A DNA stretch of 62,169 nucleotides, counting the filler, from Sphacelaria rigidula (Eukaryota), in NCBI GenBank assembly GCA_964200075.2. It is 4 parts of 4 records of this genome, joined end to end, with 100 filler letters (N's around TTAATTAATTAA, not from the genome) between each part and the next. Parts side by side here need not be neighbours in the genome. Positions count along the whole stretch, not along the records: positions 31,141 to 46,606 come from CAXNAA020001734.1; positions 46,707 to 62,169 come from CAXNAA020001735.1; 2 more parts are not named here. One strand, given 5' to 3'. The position numbers and the translations under genes are program-made. The notes below the pieces were generated by a model. The model saw only the letters and a list, made by a program, of their open reading frames with translations, was not told the DNA's origin and did not search any database. The stretch's first letter is position 1; each line of letters starts with the position of its first letter. Positions 35,713 through 47,539 of this stretch are shown in pieces.

Positions 35713-36360
35713 GATCCGGCGGTCGACACTTACGCACAGGTAATCCTGAACGTCGGTAGATCAGACAATAACATAACTCATGCTCCCCGTGAAATCCGTA
35801 TCACACCCAGTACAGAAGAAGACCCGGCGTTCGGTAGTTCCGAAGGAACCCTGAACAACGGCACGTCCATGTTGACGAGCGCAAAGCGTGCAAACTCGAT
35901 AACCAGTGACTTGAGGGGAGCGAAAGATCATAGAGGTGCAGAAGAAGACCCGTTGTCTGGCAGTTTCGAGGGAACCCTGGATAACGGCACGTCCATGTTG
36001 ACGAGCGCAACGCACGCAAGAGTTCGAACCAACCATCATCGCTCAGATGAAGACCCGGCGGTCGGCAGTTATGCACAGGTAATCCTGAACGTCGGTAGAT
36101 CAGACAATAACATAACTCATGCTCCCCGTGAAATCCGTATCACACCCAGTACAGAAGAAGACCCGGCGTTCGGCAGTTACGAAGGAACCCTGAACAACGG
36201 CACGTCCATGTTGACGAGCGCAAAGCGTGTAAACTCGATAACCAGTGACTTGAGGGGAGCAAAAGATCATAGAGGTGCAGAAGAAGACCCGTTGTCTGGC
36301 AGTTTCGAGGGAACCCTGAACAACGGCACGTCCATGTTGACGGGCGCAAAGCGTGCACGA
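35713..36360 (+). repeat. 339-bp in-frame tandem duplication with 126-bp subrepeats inside the retrotransposon
   Basis: Units start at 35713 and 36052; the motif EEDP..GS.EGTL(N/D)NGTSMLT occurs four times in ORF 35227-36378. Confidence 0.9.
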
Positions 36361-36660
36361 GTTCAAAACAGCACCTGATGCACTAAAACAAAACCGTTGA
36401 CCAAATGTTACACGCAGGTAGCCCCAGACAACGGCCCGCACACGTTGACGTGTGAGAAGCCCGCAGAAAAAAACAACAACACCGATAGTAAGGAGGTCAT
36501 CGGTAGGCGAAATTTCGGGTCGGTGAGAATCTCACTTCCAGTTGGGACCACACGCCACCGAAGCCCAACCGGACACACAGACAACCCAAGCAAAAACCTC
36601 AATACCCGGTGGAAACAGTAACAGCAAGAACTCTAGAATACACACGTAGATCTAACAGAA

Positions 36661-38580
36661 ATGAAACGCATCATCACAGACCTAGCCGCCACCTGCACGA
36701 GTCTCGTCCGACTCAACCACGGAAGAATCGGGGATGTAGCAAAGGGGCTCGACGGCACTTTGGTGTCACCGTCGATGAACCTGAGAGACATCCACGAGTA
36801 TTTCGGAAACCAAAAACACTTTCCTCGGATACGAGAACTCCTGCACATGATTGAGTACGGAGTCCCAATAAACACATCGTCTCGCGATCCCGATCCTCGA
36901 GGATCGCTGAAATACGGTAATCGCCGCAGTATTGAAGAACGCATGCCACAAGTCTGGGAGAAGTTGGTTGAGGATGTACGAAGGAACAGATGCCTGGTGT
37001 TTTAAAAATGGGCGGCGCTCGAAATCCGCAGCCTCAGAGTGGCCCCGCTTGCGGCAGTAGTAACAAGCAAACTCAGGATTATCAACGATTTTTCGTTTGA
37101 TCCCAGCGTACCGAAGGGAGAAAAGGGCGGCCTCAACCGGGACACGATTGTGGACGAGGTGCCGCAATGCCTGTGCGGAGAGGCACTCCCAAAACTACTG
37201 AGTAAACTCCTGAAGTTACGCGTCAAGTTTCCAGACAGCAAAATCCTACGGTCAAAGGTGGACGTCTCGAATGCATTCAGAAATGTTAGGATCGCGCCCG
37301 ACCAGGCGCTAAACTGCTGCTACGTGGTGGACGACGTTATAGTAGCAGACTTTCGGCTCAAGTTTGGATGGACGGGACCCCCCGGCTACTGGGAACTCTT
37401 ATCACAGGCTGCTGAACACGCACACTGCAATACCACAATACTCGACGCCGTCATACCTGACGAAGGTAGAGAGATGATGAAACACGTGACCATAGTCGAG
37501 CCCTGGGAAGAAGGTACGCCTACAAAGGTCCCGCCCGACGCTGCTATTCCCCCAGAAAACGGGGGGGGACTCCACGACCCCTTCTTCGTTAGCGTGTATG
37601 TGGACGACTACATCCTAGCAAAGGTACAGCACGGCGCGCAAGATAAATCGGCGCAAGCCGCCTCAGCTTCGCTAGCCTCAGATCACATCAGGCTGTTCGG
37701 TCCCAGAGAGCCGGGCGAGATACCCATCCTCGTACCTGAAAAAAGTACCAACTGGGACACCAGTGTGGATGCGTTGGGATTCACGATCGACACACACACC
37801 ATAAGGATAGCGGTCACTCGAGAAAAGATCGAAGCTATCAAAGAATCGCTGGAGCGCGACTGGCCCGCGGACAAGACACGCGCGACCGCGCAAGACGTAC
37901 GTAGCATAGCTGGAAAACTCTGGAACCTCACGTTTGTTGTAAGGCCCGGAAAATACTTCGTATGGCAACTACTACGCCTCACCGACCTACACGTAGCCGC
38001 GAAAAAGAAACGTAAGGTGAGACGAACAGTAAGCCTTGGCTGGGAGTTTCACGAGGATATAGCTTTTTGGAAATGAGCTATTGCGGAGAACCTGGTGCAA
38101 CGCGGTGAATCGCTCAGCGCCCCGTTTTTTGCCCACACAAAACGCACCGCATCTCGTAGATACATCTCCAACGCGAGCCTGGCAGCGGTAGGCGGGTACT
38201 GCCGAGAGCTCGAGTTATTCTGGCGGTACTCTGTACCATATGAGCTCGCATGCGAACTGAAGAGGAAAGCAAAAAATAGAGAAACTTGTGCGATCACTAT
38301 CAATCTACTAGAACTGTATGGAATGTTCATGACCGCCTGCGCTATCCAGATGTTTAAGGGCGAAAGACCCACAGAGAGGGACCCAATCCTGATGCGCGGC
38401 GACAACTCGTCGGCTGTACCCTGGGTAAATAAATGCGGGGGATCGAAAGACAAACGCGCCGCCTTCCTGATGCGAATGATGGGTCGCATGGAAGTCGCCA
38501 CCGGGTGGTGGGTATACTATAGCGAAACACATACCTGGCGTCGAAAACGAGCTAGCAAGCGACATCTCGAGATGGCCGGA
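36661..38580 (+). pseudogene. Reverse transcriptase + RNase H (DIRS/Ngaro type), disrupted
   Basis: RT motifs LRIINDFS, KVDVSNAFRNV, LKFGW, YVDD and LGF. RNase H motifs SNAS (SDAS expected), INLLEL, GDNSSAV and, after a frameshift, HIPGVENELASDISRW. In-frame stops at 37003 and 38074. Confidence 0.9.
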
Positions 38581-38805
38581 GTCGGAGGTGGCCGAGAGGG
38601 TAGCGCGGTTATCAGGGAATCTCAATTGGAAGCGGGAAGAGCTAGGAAATCGAGGCAGAGAGATACTCGAACTGATTCTGCAAGAAAAGCCCCTGGACCA
38701 CAGCCTAACCGAACAAATATGAAACATAACGTCCCGACAAGAAGACTGAACCCGCGCTGAACTCGTGATACCATTGCAGAACAAAAGGGGGGGGGCGCCA
38801 GAGAT

Positions 38806-39225
38806 GAGAAGAGCGTTGCAAAGCTAGTAGGACTACTAGCCAACGCGTCAATTAACGCCAACACAAGAAGCGGGTACGAGAAGAAGTTCGACACGTGGTC
38901 GGAGTGGAAGGCCCGCCGAGAAAAGCCCGGATATATGTCAAGGACCGGCGGCGATGCTAGCGCGGTCACCAATATCACTGAATTTACTGGGTGGCGGCTT
39001 TTTACGCACAAAAACCAGAGGGGAACCGTGCGGGGGTATTTGTCAGCAATAAGCTTTTACCACAAGATGTATACCGGTTGGGAGTTACCTACAAAACACT
39101 GCATGATAGCAGCCGTGCTCAAGGCAGTGGATCGAGCACACGGAAAATCGGAAGTGAGGCCCCGCGTGCGAAAACCGCTAACGCTATCGCTGTTGGTAGA
39201 AGGGAGAATGCTGGAGATGGGTACT
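38806..39225 (+). pseudogene. Tyrosine recombinase N-terminal (SAM-like binding) domain, truncated before the catalytic domain
   Basis: NTRSGYEKKFDTW...GTVRGYLSAISFYHK...RKPLTLSLL fits the T...Y...W / TV..YLSAI...H / R.P.T pattern of DIRS recombinases. Confidence 0.75.
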
Positions 39226-40589
39226 GTTACAGGGTAAATAATGGCCCTGTAGAGAAGACTATGAAGTGATTCAACTGCGGGTCCTGACACCTTAACCCGC
39301 TCGAGGATGAGACACTAAAAACATGGGATAGGCAACTGCCTGTGATCTCTTTCTGTTCAGAAGAAAAGCAAGCCCCAAACGATCTCTGAGAGCAATATTC
39401 GCCACTTGGTACTGAACTGCACTCCACCATTGCTGACCACTGAATACGACACCATCTACCCTTCACCAAGGAATAAACCACATGCTGAACGCTGTGCGTA
39501 TGTATTACAGATTTATTGGTCATTTTCCAGTCGACTAGGTTCCACGTGTCATACTTTGTCATGCTTGGTACCTGACGGGTCATACGACATTTTGTGGGAG
39601 ATTTGATCGGTCTTCCCCCAGGTGTCACAGCGTTTTGGACTATGCATCTCCACTAGCAAAGCACAAGTTAGCCTGTACGCCAATAATACAAGAGCATCTA
39701 CGTCATCACGGTCTGCGGTATCAGAGGGATATCTGGTCTTTTCACAATGTAAGCCCGACCTCCATGCAACATATGTTGTTCTGGCAGCCTGCGCGGCTCA
39801 CGGATATGCAGCCGACGCAGTGAACATGACTGACTCTGCACTCGGTAACGTCGAGCTCAATGGCTTCGATATTCATGATTGTGTTTGAGCCCGCTAGCCC
39901 AGGTGCCCACTGAACTGGCACCATTCCCATCTAGACGGTGAGTATCGAACCATGACGTGGTGTCCAACCCGTGCTTGCGTAGAGTCAACACTGGCATGCT
40001 CCGAACACAAACGTTCGGAGGGGAGGGTTTTCTGGCGTGTGGGTCGGATCAGGTAAAATCTTTCTTCTTGTATATAGCGTAAATAGTGTGCCTGTTCACA
40101 AATTGTAGTTTCCACAGCGTATCTTACCTGCAACATCAAATAGCATGTACAGTGAGCGTACCATGAGGGTACGCTGCTTTGACTCTTCGCACACTTTCGC
40201 TCTGTCGTCTACTCACCATACGTACGTTGAGCATAAGAAGTTGAGCATGGGCTGTGTAGTTTGTTCCTGCCCCTTGGTACCCTTTGTTCCTCCCTGGTTT
40301 TGCCCCGTGGGTGCCCTGTGCTCCGTCTTTCCGCCCGCTGCATAAATATACCGTACTCATGCATAAACAGATCATCGGGTGATCAGAACCAGTTTCTCAA
40401 CAGTGTCCCGCCCTACGATATGACGGAGGTAACCAGATGTTCAAAGCACAATGACCTAAGCCGATATAATTTAATGAAAGGCAATACGATCGAACGAGAG
40501 TTGGCCGAGTTCAACGAACCAGAGGGCCTACAATTACTTCGGGGCGTTTCTGGACATCAGGCTCCAGACAACTGCGGAAGCTGTGCAGC

Positions 40590-40839
40590 CGCGTTGTTGT
40601 TGTCTTTTGTTGTGGTTTTCGCTGTTGTTCTGTGCTGCTGTTCGTCGCTGCCGTGCCGCTGCTGCTGTGTTGCTGCTGCTCGCCGCACAGCTGTGCTGTT
40701 TTTCTGTGCTGTTGTTGGTCGCTGCCGTGCCGCCGCTGTGTGTTGCTGCGGCTCGCCGCACGGCTGTGCTGTTGATCTGTGCTGTTTTTCGTCGCTGCCG
40801 CGCCGCTGCTGTGTGTTGTTGGTTGTAGCTGCTGTGTGA

Positions 40840-40872
<33 letters not shown>

Positions 40873-40937
40873 CGTTGTTGTTGTTTGTTGTCTGTTGTCT
40901 GTTGTCTGTTGTCTGTTGTTTGCTGTCGCTATTGTCT

Positions 40938-41008
<71 letters not shown>

Positions 41009-41013
41009 GGTTG

Positions 41014-41059
<46 letters not shown>

Positions 41060-41062
41060 TTT
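40590..41062. repeat. Compound (GTT)n/(GCT)n microsatellite and degenerate minisatellite
   Basis: Long pure GTT runs (about 40839-40885 and 40939-41008) and a GCT run (about 41020-41055). Confidence 0.95.
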
Positions 41063-44000
41063 CCACCGTGCTTCCTGCTACCCTGGTTTGCTGTTGTTGT
41101 CCCGCTTGTTGTGTTCTTCTTGCCTCTACCACCTACCGTCGGCTGTACGTTTTGTTCTTGCTGTCGCATCGCATGTTGTCATGTGCACCCGTATTGTTCG
41201 TCCTCATGTTGTTTTTGTACCTTGCTTCGATCTGAACGCACAATTATTGTTTTGTCATGTCGCCTGCATTGTATCACCTTCGCCTGACCTACACCTGTTC
41301 ACCCATAATATCTCCGCTGTACCTAACCAGCAATGATCGTGTTCCAGGCATTCTCCATATCATTTCGGTATTTTTGTTGCATATTGAATTGGGACAATCA
41401 ATCCACCATGATCAGTACGTATTTTGCATTTTTATTGCGGCCATGGGGATGTGTGAAATGAACGTGCGGTAAAGCTGTCAATTTATTTCGGTCTTGCTTG
41501 TTTTTCTTTGATCTTACACACTCATATTGTCTGCATCTCCGGGTGTCGTGTTTACCGTAACTGTTTTTTGAGCCACTCGATTTATTTTGAGTGCTTTGTA
41601 ATTTTGCGCCGCCGTCGTCTTGCTCTTTGAGCTGCACATTTTCTCATTTTATGTTTTGTTAATTTTGTGTTCTGTTTTGCGCCCTTGATGTTTTTCTTTT
41701 GATCGTGCGGGTGTAGGCCATCCGCATGACCCTGTCTGTTGCGCTGCCTGTACTCATCATGCTTGAGAAGGATTCCGCTTCTAATCTTTTCATCCATCTG
41801 GTTCGCAACGCCGAAACGAAGAATTTACCACCCGGCGCAGGACATTTCGATCTGCGTCACGTGGTATAAAACCGACCCATTTTTTTCATGTATCCCACGA
41901 CTTCCAACGTATACTAACCATGCCCTCTACTGCTTCCGCCCTTGTTTCACCTACACTCTTGTCCTGGGTGTGTCGCATCCCGATGAGGGAACGGGCGCTA
42001 AACGTGATTGCTTTGGGGAGGACACGCAGGAAACACTGAACGGTTTACTCATGACGGTATGTTCCGGCGTGGAGTGGCAACAACCTGGTTTGGTTTAGCT
42101 AATCCCGTGTACCTTTTATAGGATTCTGTTGGCAGGGCTATTGCCTTGGTGTCACCGAACATGATCTCCACTTTATTCGACTCTGGTGATTGGTTGTATG
42201 GTTTGCCATTCAACAAGTTGACTTCTTGACGCACCCTGTACCGTACTTGGATACTACCTTGTTCCATCGCGGTACCGTAGTTGGATACTACATTGTTCAG
42301 TTGCTTCATACTTGATTTTCGATATCATGCTGCCACTCATTTTCCCGTGCATTGCCTTGTCATTACTTATTCAGTACGTAGACGTACGTATTTTCCCTAC
42401 TTTTGCCTTTTTGCCCTTCGTGCCCAGCGTACCATGCAAGTTGACTGTGTGACTATATATCTCGTCTTTGACAGTTCTTACAGACCCTGCATATAGTTTT
42501 CAGACACTTATTCCGCTGATGTGGTCGCTGAACCCCCTTGGGGGGGGCGAAGCACGAGTTCCATATTTTTTGCTGGTTGTTGTCTCGCGTGCACACCCGT
42601 TGCCACAAAACAACGCGGCCTCCCACCATAAGAATGCCGCATGATCAGAGAAGAAATACACAAGCTTCTTGACCGAGGTGTTGCTCACCCAACTTTCCCC
42701 GGCAACGTTTGTCGACTACACGATTTTATGTTTGGTAAAATTCGCCAAATGCGCCAAATATATCTTTACTGCAGGGTCTCACAAGTTCCTTAGCCTGTTG
42801 ATCAATAATACCGGCATACAACCAGCCCCCTCCAAACGCAACGCAGTTGCTCAGAGATCACGTCCATACATTCGAAAAACTACGTTCGTTTCTGGACCCA
42901 GAGGGCACCTTGGACAGTTTGTCCAGGAGCGTAGCATTCTAGTCGCCGCGCTGACCGATATTCCAAAAAAGTAGGAAAGCCAACAGTATTGCTACACGAT
43001 GTAGGTAAACGCGCGCTTACCTTTTACTGTCAAACTAATGTGCCGTACAACTGCAGCAAGACTCCACTACCACAATCCAGTCGTCTCATAATGGCTCAGC
43101 TAGGATATGGCATATGAACTAGAGAGTCGCCCAATGACCATCAATGTACAACTCATGCGTGTGAGGTCACGTTTCTTGTCATTTCTGTGCTTTGCCTCCG
43201 TACATTTAGTACAACGTACCTCATTATTATATTTTTATTCAGCATGCCTTGTCTATTTTCATTTTCTCCATGATTATGTCTACAGTTTCACAGGATTCGA
43301 GAACCTAGGGGGGCGGCTGCTGAAAAGGTTACAGAATTGTACAAATCTTGGCCCCAGAGAAAGTACGTTTCACACACACTCTTGCGCAATCGTACCCTAC
43401 CCGACGACCCGACGCCATGCTACCGTCTGACACGTTTCCCTTCGATCTCTGGACTGGCCGTAAACATTACACACGTACCACCGCTGTCTCAATAGCAAGG
43501 AGTTCCTCCCATATCCGCCCACCCCATCCGAACACCTCATACCCGAAGTGTTTGCGCCACCTCAGGGGGACCAAACTGGAACGCCACACCCACATTCCAC
43601 CTGACCCCTGAATTTATCCCCGTGTTGGACTGCATTGCCTGTATCTGTCACCATGTTGAATTGTCGAGAACTCTACGTTGTTTCAGGTACTGACGGGTGG
43701 AGAAAAGGGAAAGACTTCAAAAGGAGGGGGGGTGTTCCTTGACACGTGATCCATAAACAGGGACAGCTGGACACGACTGATGAAGTCGATCAAAGGACAC
43801 GGCTGAGCCGATCATGTTGATGTAGAAGAGTAGTATTACATAGCTTGACTAAGCAAGTCAAGGAAGGAAAAGAAGGGAGAGAATGAAGTGGCTGGGTGTG
43901 GCTACCCCAACACCATGACCAGCAAACATTGCGTACGTAATACAAGACATACGCCTACTACGGTATCAAATCTCACCGCATGTAACTGTCAGAACCCGTG

Positions 44001-45287
44001 AAGACGGATACCTCCGTACCGTGGCTGATCAGTACTGTAGACTACACTGAAAAAGCTGTTCACCCCAACACCCCCCTTGGGTAGTCGTTCGGTAGTAGGC
44101 TCACGGGAAATCAATCAAGACAACGATTCATCCTGTGAGCGGGGATGTCTCTCAAGACCACTTACGTCATTGAACAGGTACTGTCGGAGGAAATTTGCAC
44201 CTGCCCCTCATTAGACAATGTATACCAGAATCACATATGCGCCCCTTCTTTCGAACAGTTACAGTACTTCGAAACTCTCTCTGTACCTCATTCAAATTCT
44301 TGAGCTAAAGATCCCGATCCCCGTTCCAAGATCCAAAACCAAGTTCTCTCGGAAGTAGAATAATAATAATATCCGTACTTGGAAACTTGCAAACAAACTC
44401 TCATGTTCTGCGCTTCCCTATGGCGCACGCAATACAGTGCATACCGAGTATCGGTTCAGCTATGCATCCAACTCTGCAGCATAGTACAAAATCAAGACTC
44501 TCACGCATGTCTCGCAGTACAGCGTGCGCATCATCAAGTGCACATGCCCCATTTTTCAAACTCGGGAGATATTAACCTTTCAAACGGAACAACAGAGGAA
44601 CCCTCACGCTCATCTTTCGAAGTACAGCGTTCGCATCATCAGGTGCACATGCCCTATTTTCAAATCTTCGAAACATCAATCTTCCGAACAGAAAAACAGG
44701 GAATATATTCCAGTCAAACACCATGCAAATCATACATCGCGATCCCGCGTAGAAATAATTCTCGACACTACTGTCAATCAACCAGAATTCTACTCAGCGA
44801 ACAGCGAACCGGCAGAGCGAAAGTTTTTGCTCAACTGTTTTCAACACGCGCAATCAAAGCACAACATGACAACACATCCTGCGTCCCCCTCCCTCATTGT
44901 TTTGCTTTCAAACGGTCCGCGTCTCTCTCCTGCCCCCCTCGTTTCGGGCTACGGCTATGAGGGGGCGTCGGCATCGTGGAGCATTAATTCCTCTTTCCAC
45001 CGATGTCCGCCGAGAGGTCCATGCAGCGGGGGTTGTGCTCGTTGCCGGTTCGCTGCGCCATCCAACTTCAGCTCGCACCTATCGCGGAACAATGTCGAAT
45101 ATCGAGCCTCGCCAAAAATTGAGGCTCGACATGACACAGTGAAAATGTGGGGACCTATCCAAAATTGCGTCAGTTACATCATCTCATCAACGTAGTGATA
45201 CCTACTCCACCGACCGTTATAATCAAACGGAAAAAAAACGTTCGACAAAGATTCACATCTCAACAGTCATCTGCATCTTTGCTTCCG

Positions 45288-45742
45288 GTTACACACTTGT
45301 TTATCCATGATGTGTCAACATGCCCGCGCAAAATCAGGTTTCAACTCCGGTCAACCAAGAACAATTTTGGGCGCTACACTCTTGTTTTGGCATGCCGTGC
45401 AAGCATGCTCCCACCGTACACGATTTCAGTGTCATCGTTGTATATCTCGACCACGGATCATGTAGGGGGGAAAATGAGCATTTCTTCCTTCACCGTGTCA
45501 TGCAATCACACCTGTTACACACTTGTTTATCCATGATGTGTCAACATGCCCGCGCAAAATCAGGTTTCAACTCCGGTCAACCAAGAACAATTTTGGGCAC
45601 TACACTCTTGTTTTGGCATGCCGTGCAAGCATGCTCCCACCGTACACGATTTCAGTGCCATCGTTATACATCTCGACCACGAATCATGTAGGGGGAAAAA
45701 TGAGCATTTCTTCCTTCACCGTGTCATACAATAACACCTGTT
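45288..45742. repeat. 226-bp tandem duplication
   Basis: Units start gttacacacttgtttatccatg at 45288 and 45514 and differ by a few substitutions. Confidence 0.92.
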
Positions 45743-46606
45743 CTTTACCCCATGATACTACTTGTGCCAGTTCACAGCCTCAAAACTACATCCAAAACGG
45801 GTTCAAGATAGCATTTCTTATTTTTCATGTCATGCATAACATGTCCTTTGTTCGAACCTACCACATACAGCATACGTGATTTGTACTCAGTCTGTACCCC
45901 GCAGGGCACCGGTTATTACTGTTCCTTTTTCAAACAGCCCCCCCCAGTTCAATCAACTGTCAGTGCCCTAAGTCGTGACCAACGCACTTTGACACCTCTC
46001 GTGTTTCCACCTCCTTTTGGGAATCGAGATCAAGGGGCAGTCCAACTCACAGTCAACAATTTTCCGACTGCAACGTGCATACATACATGCAAGCAATCAA
46101 CACTCTGATGCGTTCAATCGTCCACATTCATTATCACTCCACCATATCACATCTCACAACATGGACGAAACATAAACAATTCATAGGTCTCTCGGAAGAC
46201 TCCTTTTTACCGAGAGAGAAACCTTCGCGCAGCAAATAGCATATTATGGGTCAGTATACTAATCCCTTCTCCCAGAAAACTCCGTCCGGCCGGGAGAGAA
46301 CAGTATTTCACAGGTCAGGGTATCTCACCTCTTCTCCCGGAAAATTTCACGTCCAGCTGAGAGAGAAAACTTCGCAATGCATACCACGTACTTCCTCCGG
46401 TTATGTCGGTCCCTTCTGTTCAGATTACTGCAGACAAGCCCTCCTTTACTGCCGAGTCTTCATTGCGACAGCCTACTCTCTACTGTGCAAAGCCTGACTA
46501 GTACGACCGTCGACTGCTGCTAGCATCCCTCTACAGTCTCTTGCTGATCAACCATCAAGAACGTAGTACATCATCTTAGGAAGCCTTCCTGTCTGTTCTG
46601 CAATAC

Positions 46607-46706
46607 NNNNNNNNNNNNNNNNNNNNNNNNNNNNNNNNNNNNNNNNNNNNTTAATTAATTAANNNNNNNNNNNNNNNNNNNNNNNNNNNNNNNNNNNNNN
46701 NNNNNN
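46607..46706. other. Artificial contig-joining spacer
   Basis: N44 + TTAATTAATTAA + N44. Confidence 0.97.
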
Positions 46707-47063
46707 AAAGACCCTCCCCACGCCGTACCGACAAGACCGGTCATGGCCTTCGTCGGAGGACGGGGAACGGAGGAGTATACCGTTTTGAAATTCAGGGATA
46801 GAGAACCGGCACTCCATGTGTCGGGTTCTATAGATCGGGTGGAGTCTCGAACACAAGTTCCACTTGCACACATCTCGCCGACGCCCTTCATCTGCCACCC
46901 AGGCCATTGGTAACAATACAACAGCGAGATCCCTCCTTCTTTTAAGCCCTTGACGAGAGCTCTTCGTTCAACGTAGGTTCCGGTGCGTGGCGCACAAATC
47001 CAGCGAAGATACCAACAAGGAACTCTCATCAAGGATACCACCAACATCAACGCCCCTCTTCAT

Positions 47064-47213
47064 GTATTTACTCGTTCGGGTTGGTTCTCGCCCTGCAGAC
47101 CCTTTCTCACGTTGCGCTCAAGTCATATTTTTATTATTATCATATTATTTACTCGTTCGGGTTGGTTCTCGCCCTGCAGACCCTTACTCACGTTGCGCTC
47201 AAGTCATATTTTT
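47064..47213. repeat. ~83-bp tandem duplication
   Basis: atttactcgttcgggttggttctcgccctgcagaccc...aagtcatattttt occurs twice. Confidence 0.85.
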
Positions 47214-47539
47214 TGCGAGCAGCCGTTGGGCTCATCATGAGTATCCTCGTACAGATATGAACCGAGCGTGGACGATGGACACAAGCTGTAGTCCACTGAA
47301 ATCTATGTGGATGAGGACGATGTATGTGGCTAGTGTCGAACTTGTTAAGATAGATTCACTCACGGTAGAAGTCGTTCCCGCTCAGCCTCATGTATTCCAG
47401 CCGCGCCAGGAAAATCAGCTCCTTCGGAATAACACCTACGGCTCAAAACGGATCGTACAAAGATTATAAAAATGGGATTCAGCGAACAAATGAATTTGCG
47501 TTTCACTCAACTCCGCTCGAGAACTCACTCAACTCAGTC

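Larger units (their letters stand above)
32850..39225 (+). mobile_element. Degenerate, 3'-truncated tyrosine-recombinase retrotransposon (DIRS order, Ngaro-like)
   Basis: Intronless order gag-like, RT, RNase H, YR N-terminus, with no protease or DDE integrase. Contains in-frame stops and frameshifts. Boundaries are approximate. Confidence 0.85.

Noticed and set aside
35713-36360. CRISPR-like or DGR-like repeat array next to an RT
   Set aside because: No unique spacers and no evident adenine-specific variation; these are in-frame coding repeats of a eukaryotic retrotransposon.
40261-41336. Poly-C/L/V/Q/N/A ORFs on both strands
   Set aside because: These are translations of a stop-free trinucleotide microsatellite.
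39230-42400. Coding-like fragments after the truncated recombinase
   Set aside because: Many stops and no recognisable motif; a family could not be assigned without a search.
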